DNA of 64,000 nt from Macrostomum lignano (Eukaryota): positions 149,759-213,758 of the forward strand of contig NIVC01002006.1 in assembly GCA_002269645.1 (NCBI GenBank). Reading direction: 5' to 3'. Under the pieces are notes generated by a model. That model had not been told where the DNA came from and did not search any database. It saw only the letters and a list, made by a program, of their open reading frames with translations. Below, piece after piece: positions 24,857 through 40,585 of this stretch (position 1 is its first letter; every line of letters begins with the position of its first letter). Position numbers and translations under genes: made by a program.

Positions 24857-25316
24857 GGTCACTGGTCAGATCGTCATATTCCATTTCGTCATATCAGATG
24901 ACGAAGTTACCAGAAGCAAAGTAGCTTTGAAAAATAATATGACAAAGTGACCAAATATTTAGTTATGCAGATGCTGGATACTTCGTCATCAACCAATTAA
25001 TCTGTGTAAGATTCGAGTTAGTGTAAAAGTATTTTTTGCTTTTTTTTAACTATAAGGTGCGGCAAGCAGAACCGATCGATCGACAGGTTTTATCAATCGA
25101 GATGACAAAATGACTGGGATAATTAGTATTCCAAATAAATATGTTTAATTGCTACATTAATTCACTTGGAAGTTAGAACTAATATGATTGGTGGATGACG
25201 AAATGACTCTCTTCAGGTAGTGCATGCTAATTAAGATGACGAACTGACCCTAGCCGAGGTGAGCACCCCAGACACTCGAGATGACGAAATGGCAGATGAC
25301 GAAATGACTAGGAACC
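24857..25316. mobile_element. Non-autonomous TIR element (GG-starting TIR, 8-bp TSD; Merlin/Mutator-like)
   Basis: An imperfect ~39-bp TIR (GGTCACTGGTCAGATCGTCATATTCCATTTCGTCATATC vs GGTTCCTAGTCATTTCGTCATCTGCCATTTCGTCATCTC). The TSD GACTCAGT at 24849-24856 is restored on the right once the Tourist insertion is removed. Confidence 0.8.
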
Positions 25317-25322
25317 GACTCA

Positions 25323-25582
25323 GGGCCTTTTCATATTGCTTGCTCTGGTTCCAGAACCAGAACCAATTTGTGAAGTATAACTTTTTGTCTCCATAACTAG
25401 AGGGAGATACGTGCTATAATGTTTTTATTATTGAATGACAATCGCCAAGAAGAAAGTGAAAAATTGTGCTAAGTTAGGTTGTTAAGGCAGTCAAATATTA
25501 ACAGAGTTTAATAGTTATACTGCTGTTTTTCTTGGAATTCCGAACCGATTCTGGTTCTGGAATTGGTAATATGAAAAGGCCC
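25323..25582. mobile_element. Tourist/Harbinger-like MITE (260 bp), TSD TCA
   Basis: Perfect 15-bp TIR GGGCCTTTTCATATT / AATATGAAAAGGCCC; TCA at 25320-25322 and 25583-25585. Confidence 0.88.
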
Positions 25583-27179
25583 TCAGTGTGTTCTAAGAAA
25601 CTTTGTTTCTTAGAAAAAATTGAAAGTTGACCCATGAGCTAAAATACAAACAAGCCTGATATAGCAAATGCTCTTTCAGCTTTGAAAATAAATAAAACAG
25701 TTGAACAGACAAAACATGAGCATTTATCTTGAACTATCGCCATAAATTTAGTATACCCCATCTCGATCAGTACAAGTGTGTAGTTTTTGAGAAAGTCAGC
25801 CTTTTTTCTAGGAAAACAATGTTCCGTTTTCCGTATATAAACTTTCTGCCGGTGCCCCTGTACGCATGAATTTCAGAAAAAATGCCCGTTTGTACAAAAA
25901 TACATGTACAAGTAGAAAGGTTAAGCGATCTTTTTGTAGAACTGGCGGTAGTAGTTCGGTTGTTATTGTCTTGGACAAACTACATACATATAAAAAATTG
26001 TATTTCGAAAAATGTATAAATTCCTAAAGCAGCAGCTTTGGTGCCTCTTGCTCTAGCGCCCCCAGACTTGCTACCACTACCACCTTTTGGTGCCCCTGGC
26101 CCCTTGGTATAATTTAGGCAGCTTTAAATCGAATGACGATGCGAAAGGTGTGTACCAGATTTAAAATGAATTTATGTCCCTGGCTGCGGTGTGCACGTAC
26201 ATGTGTACGACGTAAATGAATTGAGACTTCGCATTAGCAAGCTTACACTCGCATTATCAGACCAATTTCTGCAGCTGTAACAGTGTACTGCTGATGAAAT
26301 ATAGTTTGATGCGTTTAAATTGCCAGTAGAATAGCCAGACAAAGCCATACGCACGTATAGTACCAGAACCGCTCTTGAATAAGTACGCATACATTCAGCT
26401 TGTAAGGTGATTTATCAAATCGCTCGATGCTTGCATCAGTTACACCAGGTTACCAAAATCATTTACAATCGGTACGTCTAATGGAAGCTGGAAGATTAAA
26501 CTGCTGACTGATGGGACTTCCACGGCTTAGATGGTAGATGAATAGGGCTAAATTATTGCGGCTATCACTACTACATGAATTGAATTACAGCTAATTGCAT
26601 TTAAAATTTCATAATTCCTGAAAATTGCAATCCATTGTATGCATTTCGCATTTTAATAGCATTTAGCTTCAATTTTATTACTTTTCGATTGATTAGGCCA
26701 TCGATATAAATTTTAAAACCGCGTTTTACATGCCAGTGGTACACATAATCGAATTTGCTGCATTTGCATTTAATTTTAAACAATAAATTAGTGAATTGAG
26801 GGTGGCCATACAGACGACACAGTAAAAGGATGAGAAAGATAATGGAAAATGAACGAGTTACATGCAGGCTACAACATAAAAGTACAATACCATTAAGCGG
26901 CATATCAAAAGTTGTAGGTCAGCGCACTAGCCTATGTAAAAAATCGAAACTTGCGATAACTAAAAACGCTTGCAATGTGACTCGTGCCAGCAATTACTTT
27001 GGATGCAGAAAACATGAAGATAAAAGTCATTAGATTGGTTAGAATTCGGTAAAAAAAGTGGTTCATTATTGAAATTTAGAGAAATCAAATGCTGAGTGGA
27101 GGCGAGTCGAGTCCTGGAAGTGCAACGGAGACTGAAATACCACACGGATCAGCTCCAGTTTCACCTTACGGTTTGAACT

Positions 27180-28328
27180 CTACTGCACAGCGCAACTGCG
27201 GTTGTCGCCGGACCTTGTCGTGCTGTGGCCGTTAGCGGTTGTGGCTCCGGCGGCGGCGGCGGCACCAGTCGTAGAGTCGGCAGTACTAGCCGTCTGCCGC
27301 GGCAGCGATGCGGAAGTGCCAGCCGCCTGCTGCTGCTGACGCCGCTGAGTGCCCACGTGACGCAGCTCCCGCGTTAGCGAAGCAATTTTAGCGCCGGCGC
27401 CGCCAGCGCTGCCGCCAACCAGACCGACGAAGGTGCGGCGCGATTTCACAGCGCTAGAGGGCAGCGGCGCGGCCAGTCGGAGCAGGCCGTTGCCGGGGAA
27501 GCTGGCGACCACCCGGTCGAGCGGAACGCCGGTTGGCGGCGTCACTTCGCGGCGATATTCGTGGCGCATCGTAGAATCCAGGGAAGAGTTGTCTGTAGCA
27601 AAATAGCTGGCAGTCACCAGCAGCCTGGTGGGCGCAGCTGGAGCATCAACTCCCTCCGGGGAGTTCTCAATAGTGGTCACGGACACTTCCTCGGGCTGGA
27701 ACTCGGGCAGCGCCAAATCCAGGGACCACTTGGCACCGACTTTCTTCTCCTTGATAACGAAGCCATGGCGCTGCTTGCTGTCTGACAGGCTGCTTCTTGG
27801 CCAGACGTTGCGCAGCGAGAAGGGCTGTTGAGTTGGCTGCTGCTGATGAAGCAGCAGCTTCTTACTCAGCTTCGTCGGCGTGGTTGTAGCAGAGGTCTTG
27901 ACCTCGCGTTGATCGACCTGCAGAACAATGCAAGTCTCTTCGATCCAGCAGCGAGCGGTGTCCAGATCCAGCTGGTCCATCTGCAGCTGGGCTCGACGCA
28001 CGATGCGAACAAAATCGCCCTCCTGCCAAGGAGACGCGGCCTCGGCGAGCACCCAGAAGATGCCGTTGTCATCAAGCCTAACGGCGACATCGTCCGGTCC
28101 GAATTCCGATCCGAGCGGCAATACCAGAGTCAAGCAGTTGTCCGAGTTTTCAAACCCGCAGCAAGGCTTCTTAGCTTCGTCGTTTGCATCGGTGTTGGCG
28201 CGGAGGCCGCGACTGATGGCAACACGATTCAGGGCCCGACGCAGGCTGGCAGCGTCCAGCTGCGTGTCAATGGAGTAGGCGAACTCCTGACCAAGACGGC
28301 GAAACAGGTTAGTGGGACGAAGAGTCAT
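27180..28328 (-). CDS. Intronless small heat-shock protein with two alpha-crystallin-like domains (p40/major egg antigen type)
   Basis: 382-aa GC-rich ORF. C-terminal domain: WSLDLALPEFQPEEVSV...LLVTA...HEYRREVTPPTGVPLDRVVASFPGNGLLRLAAP. N-terminal degenerate domain: LTLVLPLGSEFGPDDVAVRLDDNGIFWVLAE. A TATATAA on the minus strand lies at about 28438-28444. Confidence 0.75.
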   Translation of the reverse strand: MTLRPTNLFRRLGQEFAYSIDTQLDAASLRRALNRVAISRGLRANTDANDEAKKPCCGFENSDNCLTLVLPLGSEFGPDDVAVRLDDNGIFWVLAEAASPWQEGDFVRIVRRAQLQMDQLDLDTARCWIEETCIVLQVDQREVKTSATTTPTKLSKKLLLHQQQPTQQPFSLRNVWPRSSLSDSKQRHGFVIKEKKVGAKWSLDLALPEFQPEEVSVTTIENSPEGVDAPAAPTRLLVTASYFATDNSSLDSTMRHEYRREVTPPTGVPLDRVVASFPGNGLLRLAAPLPSSAVKSRRTFVGLVGGSAGGAGAKIASLTRELRHVGTQRRQQQQAAGTSASLPRQTASTADSTTGAAAAAGATTANGHSTTRSGDNRSCAVQ

Positions 28329-30590
28329 TGTGAGACTGCTTTGTGAGGCTTAGATAAGCTTGATAGACACGTCTAGGTCTTCCTAAATAAGATAATTGGA
28401 GCTGGAAAATGAATCCAATTGCAGGGTATCCGAACACTTATATAGCCTAAGCCCCGAGGCTTGAGCCCCCTTATTTCTATTTCAGTTTTCGAATACAGCT
28501 TGTGCACGAAGTCGCACAATTGAAGAGAGAAGAGGGGGATAGAACTCACGCAATGCAGACCAAGCAAGTTGGGCAGTTTGAGGCGTTAATTGCGCAACCT
28601 TTGACGATGTGTTGGGGTGGTTGAGGGACGGTCGCACGATAAAGTCATGCAGCACGCCGTCCACTTGGGGGTGGGGAGGGGTTTTCCCCGGGGGGGGTTG
28701 AGCGGGTGGGGTTGTGGACGCTTGCACGATAAAGTCACCCTCTACCTAATGGTGGGTGCCTGGGGGTAGGGTTTGGGGGGGGGACAGGCTGGCACGATAA
28801 GGCATGACCATGGTTTTAGTCAGCACGTTATCTCGGCGTGACCGTCCTAGCTAGAACGTTTGTGCGCACAACCATTTCAAGATTGCACAATCTGCAGTAA
28901 AGGCCGTAGTGAAGACTTCTTATCGATCGATCGATATTTTAAATGAAATGAAACAATAGCGCGTGCTTTGAGATACTAGAATTTCTAGACTGTGCCGACA
29001 TTGAGTCATTCAGAAGCAAGTGGGTTAATTCTTTGCGCAGAGTCAGTGGCAGACGCAGCATTGAGCACATTGCTTACTTTGCTATTCGATAAAAAATAAC
29101 TGACGTAGTTATGGCGTCAAGGGGACAAAGGCGCGTATTGATTATTAAACTGGATTTTTATTGTTTGTAATGCAGCAAGAGTAAAATTATAAAAAGGCCT
29201 CCACCAAAGATTCTTCATTTAGCAAAGCTATTAGGATGACATCGGGCGAGGAACTCTAGTGGTAGAATCTGCTTCATATCATATCTGCGTAGCTACTAGC
29301 TCCCAGTAATTCGGTTAGATTAGATATCCAATTGCATTACATTGTTATGCAAGCAAAGTCCTGACAGTTTTGCCATGTTAAAACAGAATGCAACTGCGTG
29401 GCAACAATACACTCTGCACTTTTTCATCTGTAAAAAATGCTGTAGGTTGTACGACGCAAAAGCAACAGACTTTTTGCATCTGGCTACAGGGAGCTATGGA
29501 TGTTATTCTTTTTTGCTTTTCGATGAGCTGTGTATGCATCTTCCTCACTGAATGACGGATGTCAAAATTAGTTTTTTAGTTGCCACTTCCTCTTTCAGAA
29601 CAGCTATACTCTTTGTTGTGCAAAAAATTAATTAAAACACCAATCCTAACTATTCGCGTCAAACTCAAATGTCTGCTTCAAAATTTCCCTTAAATTAAAT
29701 TTGTGTAGTGGGGGTATAGCCATTCCGGCCCCAGAAATCCAGACTTTCTAACAGTTCAGGATTCGGCATCATTCGGGATCCCGTGATTTCAAGGCTTTAA
29801 TCTTTGAAATTGTTGCGGATATTAAGTCTATTTTTTTTCACTGGGATAGTGGTTTTGTTTTTTTAATCCTTTTTTTAGAAATTTGTTACAAAATAATAAA
29901 AAATGAATGCTAAGCTGTTACGCTGGCATCACAATAGTTTATTTTTATTAATTGTCAACTGTTGACACCCTTGCTGGTTTGTTATATTAACATCTGAGTG
30001 TGCGAGCTATTAGCTAGGGTGCTGTGGTTGTCGTGAGCGCACAAAAGCACAACACGCATTTTCGGCAGGGCCTGGCAGTAGTGGAAGCAAGATTGATTCG
30101 AGTATGACATCCAGACTCATCATTAGATCCCAAACAATTGGGATTTGTTCGCATCGCCATCGAATGAGCCATTAAATCGGTGACTGATGTACAAAGCGAC
30201 AGCAATTTGTCGAAAACGGCGAGCTGTTCGACAGAGAGCCGACGCCGGCCTACAGCTGTGTTGGCCATCGTATTGGATTTGAAACGGAGGCGTCAATGTA
30301 CTGTCAAAGAAGAGGCTTAAAGAAGGGTATAAAGGGGCTTCAGGGAATCGAATCGTGTTAGTGCACTGCTTGAGGCGTCATCTTTGAGCACTGTTTGGTA
30401 GCGCTCTTGTAGCGGCTTGCGATCCACTAAAGTTATTTTGGCAAAGGCGCAGCCCGATAGCTCGAGCTTTCCCGTACTAAAATTCCGGCTGGCTGGGAGA
30501 ATTTTCCCCAATCAAAAGCGATCCCGAGAAGATATAGAAAGGGGCCAGAAGATCGGAAGACACTGGACCCGCGTTTTCTACCGTCAAGAA

Positions 30591-31355
30591 ATGTCTCGAC
30601 GAAAATTGCAATTACTGACGTGCCTAGCTCTGCTAAATCATCACCTGCTCGTGTGCTGCATCGCGGAGGCATGCAAGCCGCCATTTGAGTCCATCGCCGG
30701 TTTCTGCCTGTACATCGGAGCCGACCTCCGGCTCACTTGGCACGAGGCCAACGAGCACTGCGCCGCCTTCAACGGCCAGCTGGTCACGTGCTACTCAATT
30801 ATCAAAGTCCTCGACGCTATCAGGTCATTAAACCGGCTGACCACCAGCAAGCCCACCTGGACTGGCATCAACGACGAGCGCTCCGAGCGCGGCACCGCCC
30901 GCGATGGCTGGCAGTTGGGACCTTCCAGCGCCGGTGTCCTGCCGGCCAACGACAGCCTGTGGGTGGCCGGACAGCCGGACAACTTTGGCGGCAACCAGAA
31001 CTGCGCGGCCATCCAGTCTACTGGCCACCTGCTGAACGATCATACCTGCAGCTTCCAGGTGAGCCTCATGTGCGAACCGGCCAGAGGTGCCTGGCAACCG
31101 CGTCACCTGTCACCGACTGATCCGGAGTTCTTGGCGTGGAATGCCACCGTGCAATTGTCCGGCCTGGATTTGCAAGGCTGCGCTTTCAAAGCCGGCGCCC
31201 AGCTGAACTGCGCCAGATTTGCCCACCGAACTGGCGGCAGCGGCGGCGAATGCGTGCTGGATGGTTGCTATGGCAACCAAGGCAACTGGTCAACGAAATT
31301 GCTGATGCGGCAGGATGAATGGAAGATTTTCCGATTCGAGATCAACAACCTGTGA
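30591..31355 (+). CDS. Secreted single-exon C-type lectin domain protein
   Basis: Hydrophobic N-terminus after ATG 30591; CTLD motifs FCLY...TWHEANEHC...[25 protein letters not shown] and LNDHTC; Cys-containing C-terminal extension. Confidence 0.88.
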   Translation: MSRRKLQLLTCLALLNHHLLVCCIAEACKPPFESIAGFCLYIGADLRLTWHEANEHCAAFNGQLVTCYSIIKVLDAIRSLNRLTTSKPTWTGINDERSERGTARDGWQLGPSSAGVLPANDSLWVAGQPDNFGGNQNCAAIQSTGHLLNDHTCSFQVSLMCEPARGAWQPRHLSPTDPEFLAWNATVQLSGLDLQGCAFKAGAQLNCARFAHRTGGSGGECVLDGCYGNQGNWSTKLLMRQDEWKIFRFEINNL

Positions 31356-31398
31356 TTGAACAATGCGATCTCCGACTGTTTGACAGCGAAATTAAGTG

Positions 31399-31690
<292 letters not shown>

Positions 31691-32369
31691 TTAATGCCCG
31701 TTTATCTTTGGTACAGCAGCGCAATGCCTTCAAATGAGATTATAATAATTACAACAGAAGTGCCCAATCCGCAAAACAAAATGATTCAATTTAGTTGATT
31801 TTGCTATTTAAATATTTTTGACAGTTTGCAGTCCGAAGCTCAGAGAGGTTGTGGCTCAGATAAGAAAATCTCATCAGATATAGCTATAGATGGCCGCATG
31901 TACTTTGAAATTGTCTTTCTTTTTGAAGAAAAAGAACACGGATATTCATGCGAAAACGGCATGCTTCTCAGCTGAAGCGCTCTCTTGAGTAATTCTTGCG
32001 AACTTGAGTAATTCCTTGAAAGCTGCTGCTCAGTGTTTTGCAGGGTGAAAGCATTCCTCGTAAAGGCCTCCTGAATGGCATTCAAAAAAATTATTATGTT
32101 AATCGACAGCTCGTACTGCGCCCCATGATTCAATTGTCCATACTCCATAGGAAGGCTGGAACGAAGTGCAGAGGCATTTCAGAGTAAGTTTACAGACAGA
32201 CAGGCTCGGTCATAGATATAGATGTCGAGTACAGGCTGCTCTTTATTTTTCTTGGCTTGAAGCTTACTATACTCGTACGTGTAGAAGCTTAGATATAAAA
32301 AGAAAGACATGGAGCACGACTCACGACTGAGCAGAAAAATTACGTACTATTAGAAATATTAGAAATCTA

Positions 32370-32925
32370 CTCCCCTTCCTCTACTCCCCTTCCTCTACCC
32401 CCCTTCCTCTACCCCCCTTCCTCTACTCCCCTTCCTCTACCCCCCTTCCTCTACCCCCCTTCCTCTACTCCCTTCCTCTACTCCCCTTCCTCTACCCCCC
32501 TTCCTCTACTCCCTTCCTCTACTCCCCTTCCTCTACTCCCCTTCCCCTACTCCCCTTCCCCCACTCCCCTTCCCCTACTCCCCTTTCCCTACTCCCCTTC
32601 CCCTACTCCCCTTCCCCTACTCCCCTTCCCCTACTCCCCTTCCCCTACTCCCCTTCCCCTACTCCCCTTTCCCTACTCCCCTTCCCCTACTCCCCTTTCC
32701 CTACTCCCTTCCCCTACTCCCCTTCCCCTACTCCCCTTTCCCTACTCCCCTTCCCCTACTCCCCTTCCCCCACTCCCCTTCCCCTACTCCCCTTCCCCTA
32801 CTTCCCTTCCCCCACTCCCCTTCCTCTACTCCCCTTCCTCTACTCTCCCTCCGCTACTTCCCCTTCCTCTACTCCCCTTCCCCTACCCCCCTGCTCCCCT
32901 ACCCCTAGTCCCCTACTCAGCTTCT
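32370..32925. repeat. 14-bp C-rich minisatellite (G4-prone on the minus strand)
   Basis: Unit CTACTCCCCTTCC(C/T). Confidence 0.95.
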
Positions 32926-33589
32926 CACCTAAATGAGTACTCAGCAACATCCTCCACTCAGTGACCAAGATTGAAAACTCTTTAGCGAACTGCATTATAT
33001 TTTCCATATTCAGAAAACGGCACCTTGGCTTATTTTGAACTCCATTTTTGCAAGCAATTCCAAGCAAGTTTTACAGGCAGTCAGGCGAATAAAAGCAGAC
33101 CCGCAAACAGACGTACGTCTTCATGTATAAACAAAGTTTTCAATAACCGCTCAAATGCTGACTCACTGTAATTGTTGTTGTGGTTCTGCGACCGTCTAGA
33201 GGCTATATCTATATTTAGCTCATAAATAGTCGACTCACTACAGAGAATTTGAGTAGAGATCTCTTAAGCCGCGCATTTGAATACCGAGCTGCATCAGTAT
33301 GCAATTATACATTACATTGCTACCTGACAGTCTTAGCAGAGCTGGGAGAGCAGTGTCTCAATGTGAAATCATTTAGCTACTCGCAGCTAAGCATTTTAAC
33401 TTTTTGTGTCTTTAATTTCAGCAATGAGAAAGCCAGGAAAAATATGACGGGCTGCAATGCAAAGTCGAGGAATGTGGATTTACAGGCATCATTCAGATGG
33501 AATTCTTATTGACGTTTCTCGCATTCAACTTTTCCCATCATTAGACATTTTGCCGAGTTCGAATATCGAAATTCGGATCGGTGAGTTTC

Positions 33590-33800
33590 GGGATCGAGAA
33601 GATTTGGGATCTGGGAGATTTGAGATCGGGAAAATTTGGGATTGATGAGATTTGGGATTGGGGAGATTTGAGATTGAGGATATTTAAGAGTGGGGATATT
33701 TGTGATCGGGGAGATTGTTAATTGGGGAGATTTGTGATTGAGTAGATTCGGGATTGGGGAGATTTGGTATCGGGGAGATTCATGATTGGGGAGTTATCTG
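33590..33800. repeat. Degenerate GGGAGATTTGGGAT repeat
   Basis: Related to the block at 35670-35995. Confidence 0.8.
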
Positions 33801-34394
33801 GATAGAGTAGCACAGAGAGCAGCGCACGCAGAGCTTTCATGCGACATCACAACCAAGCCATGATTTAACACTGCAGATAAATTGAGCACACCTGTCAGTT
33901 TATAGGAGTCTGCGGTCTGTTTACGGTGCACAATGTGTAAACTTATGGTATTTGTCTCAATGCTAGCAAACTAATTACTAAGCAGGTAGGAAATAACAGC
34001 AATAGAATAACATGTCCTCTCACGGCAGCCAAACAAACAATAGGGAGTATAAATAGGCACCTGGTAAAACACTGACAAACTTCTTCATCAAATTCATATT
34101 GACAGGAGTCGGTTCTTTTTTTCAGATCGAATTCCTCGACTCTAACATTGATCATGTCCAAGCCCTGCATCAACTGCTGCAGCTGCATCTGCCGTTGCAT
34201 TCTCATTGTGACCAACATTGCGGCCATTGTGAGTTGCTGCTTGCAGTATCTGTCAATATGCTTGTTAATTGGCTGTCACAATCTGTTAGAGTTCTTACAG
34301 TGTCGGTCAACAAGGTTAATTTAGTGCGCGCACATGCACACTGTGAACATCATCTTACAGTCAATTTGTGACCAAGTGGCACACCTTGCTTTAA

Positions 34395-35537
34395 CTATCA
34401 CTCTGGTACACCTGCTGTAGTTATCAATCTGGTACACCTGCTGTAATTATCAATCTGGTACACCTGCTGTAATTATCACTCTGGTACACCTGCTGTAGTT
34501 ATCAATCTGGTACACCTGCTGTAGTTATCAATCTGGTACACCTGCTGTAGTTATCAATCTGGTACACCTGCTGTAATTATCAATCTGGTACACCTGCTGT
34601 AGTGATCACTCTGGTACACCAGCTGTAGTTATCAATCTGGTACACCTGCTGTAATTATCACTCTGGTACACCTGCTGTAGTTATCAATCTGGTACACCTG
34701 CTGTAATTATCAATCTGGTACACCTGCTGTAGTTATCAATCTGGTACACCTGCTGTAATTATCAATCTGGTACACCTGCTGTAATTATCACTCTGGTACA
34801 CCTGCTGTAATTATCAATCTGGTACACCTGCTGTAATTATCAATCTGGTACACCTGCTGTAGTTATCAATCTGGTACACCTGCTGTAATTATCAATCTGG
34901 TACACCTGCTGTAATTATCAATCTGGTACACCTGCTGTAGTTATCAATCTGGTACACCAGCTGTAATTATCAATCTGGTACACCTGCTGTAGTTATCAAT
35001 CTGGTACACCTGCTGTAGTTATCAATCTGGTACACCTGCTGTAATTATCAATCTGGTACACCTGCTGTAGTTATCAATCTGGTACACCAGCTGTAATTAT
35101 CAATCTGGTACACCTGCTGTAGTTATCAATCTGGTACACCTGCTGTAATTATCAATCTGGTACACCTGCTGTAGTTATCAATCTGGTACACCTGCTGTAA
35201 TTATCAATCTGGTACACCTGCTGTAATTATCAATCTGGTACACCTGCTGTAGTTATCAATCTGGTACACCTGCTGTAATTATCAATCTGGTACACCTGCT
35301 GTAGTTATCACTCTGGTACACCTGCTGTAGTTATCAATCTGGTACACCTGCTGTAATTATCAATCTGGTACACCTGCTGTAGTTATCAATCTGGTACACC
35401 TGCTGTAGTTATCAATCTGGTACACCTGCTGTAATTATCAATCTGGTACACCTGCTGTAATTATCAATCTGGTACACCTGCTGTAGTTATCAATCTGGTA
35501 CACCTGCTGTAGTTATCAATCTGGTACACCTGCTGTA
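34395..35537 (+). repeat. 26-bp minisatellite upstream of tetraspanin exon 36133 (~43 units)
   Basis: Unit CTGGTACACCTGCTGTA(G/A)TTATCAAT. Confidence 0.97.
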
Positions 35538-35669
35538 AAATGCCCTGTAAAAGTACACCAAAATCCCCTTGTATCCCCAAGAAGCCTACAAGTGACTGAG
35601 GTGTTTTTTACTAGCGAGTTATCAAAATGGGAATTTAATTCACTCTACCATCGATTCAGAAGTTACAGG

Positions 35670-35995
35670 ATACGGGAGATTTGGGATTGAGGAGAATGGG
35701 ATTTGGGGAGATTTTGGGTTGGGGAGATTTTGGATTGGGGAGATTTCGGATCTAGGTAATTTGGGTTTAGGGAGGATTTGGGATTGAGGAGAGTTGGGAT
35801 TTAGGAGAATGGGTTTGGGGAGATTTGGGATTTGGGGAGATTTGGGGTCGGGGAGATTTTGGATCTGGGAGATTTAGGATCTGGGAGATTTGGGATCCGG
35901 GAGATTTGAGATCTGGGAGATTTGGAATCTGGAAGGCTTGGGATCTGGGAGACTTGGGATTGGGAAGATTTTGGATCTGGGAGATTTGTTACCGA
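35670..35995. repeat. Degenerate GGGAGATTTGGGAT(C/T) repeat
   Basis: G-rich ~15-bp units. Confidence 0.85.
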
Positions 35996-36132
35996 GAAGT
36001 TTTGGCACCGAGGCCTCAAAGGGCCATGCAGTTTCGTAAAACTAAAACAGTATATTTTTCCAGGAAATGAATGTCTCATCCTGCTACTAAAAGTAGTAGT
36101 CGAATTTTCAACCCAAACCAAAACGATTGCAG

Positions 36133-39735
<3,603 letters not shown>

Positions 39736-40461
39736 TGCCGGCATGACAACATTATAATCTGTCTCTCGTGAATCGGGCAAACTTTTGGTCACAGACAGAC
39801 TAATAAAAGTACATTCTAAAAGACTAACATAAGCAGGGGCCATCATTAATTCATTATTGCATGCATTGCATGGATTCGGGCATGGATTGTACATTGGTCT
39901 CATACGCCTCTGCATGTAAATGTACTCAACAACATTAAAAAGTCGCCACCTTTGAGAGTGCGCAGTAAATTCCAGCTCAGTTTTGACTTTTGAGTGACGC
40001 AACTTGCGCCACGCGACGCATGAGTTGGGCTGGGTGAGGAGGGATTGGGAAGAGCGGAGGGCGAAGATTGGATGGATTGAAGCTTTCGCTGGTTTTCATA
40101 GTTTTTTCAAGCATTTTTAAATATTAAAATGGCTGGCCAGGTGACAGACGCTGGTTGAAAGACACTCATGCTCACAGGGGCAAAGGGTGTTGCTCAATGT
40201 AGTTGAAGTGCAGATTGTACTAATACAATATTCCACTTGTTTCTACTTTTACGTTGCATGAAAATTTCTAAATAACTCGCATCAAAATTCTAAAGACTGT
40301 TTCGCTTCGGTACCCCATGCTGTGAAACTGTGAAGTGTTTTAAGGACTGGATATCGATTTCTGAGAAATCCATGGAAAACATGACTGATTTGAAATAACC
40401 AAATCAATGGGGTACGATGATTTCTTATAACTTCACAGACAAAGAGTTCATGGAAATCGAT

Positions 40462-40585
40462 ATTCTAAGAAGTCGATAGTACATTTTCTTAGAAACGATG
40501 CAGGACGATTCTAAGAAGTCGATAGTACATTTTCTTAGAACGATGCAGGACAATTCTAAGAAGTCGATAGTACATTTTCTTAGAA
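40462..40585. repeat. Three copies of a 45-46-bp unit containing an inverted TTCTAAGAA/TTCTTAGAA pair
   Basis: ATTCTAAGAAGTCGATAGTACATTTTCTTAGAA at 40462, 40508 and 40553. Confidence 0.9.

Noticed and set aside
28330-29000. Heat-shock elements for the sHSP gene
   Set aside because: Only imperfect matches (e.g. AGAATTTCTAGA at about 28978); no three contiguous nGAAn units.
30014-30511. Two short minus-strand ORFs upstream of the lectin
   Set aside because: No recognisable motif or consistent splice structure; left unannotated.
40462-40585. CRISPR-like repeat with internal palindrome
   Set aside because: The spacers are near-identical 12-13-mers, there are no cas genes, and the context is eukaryotic.
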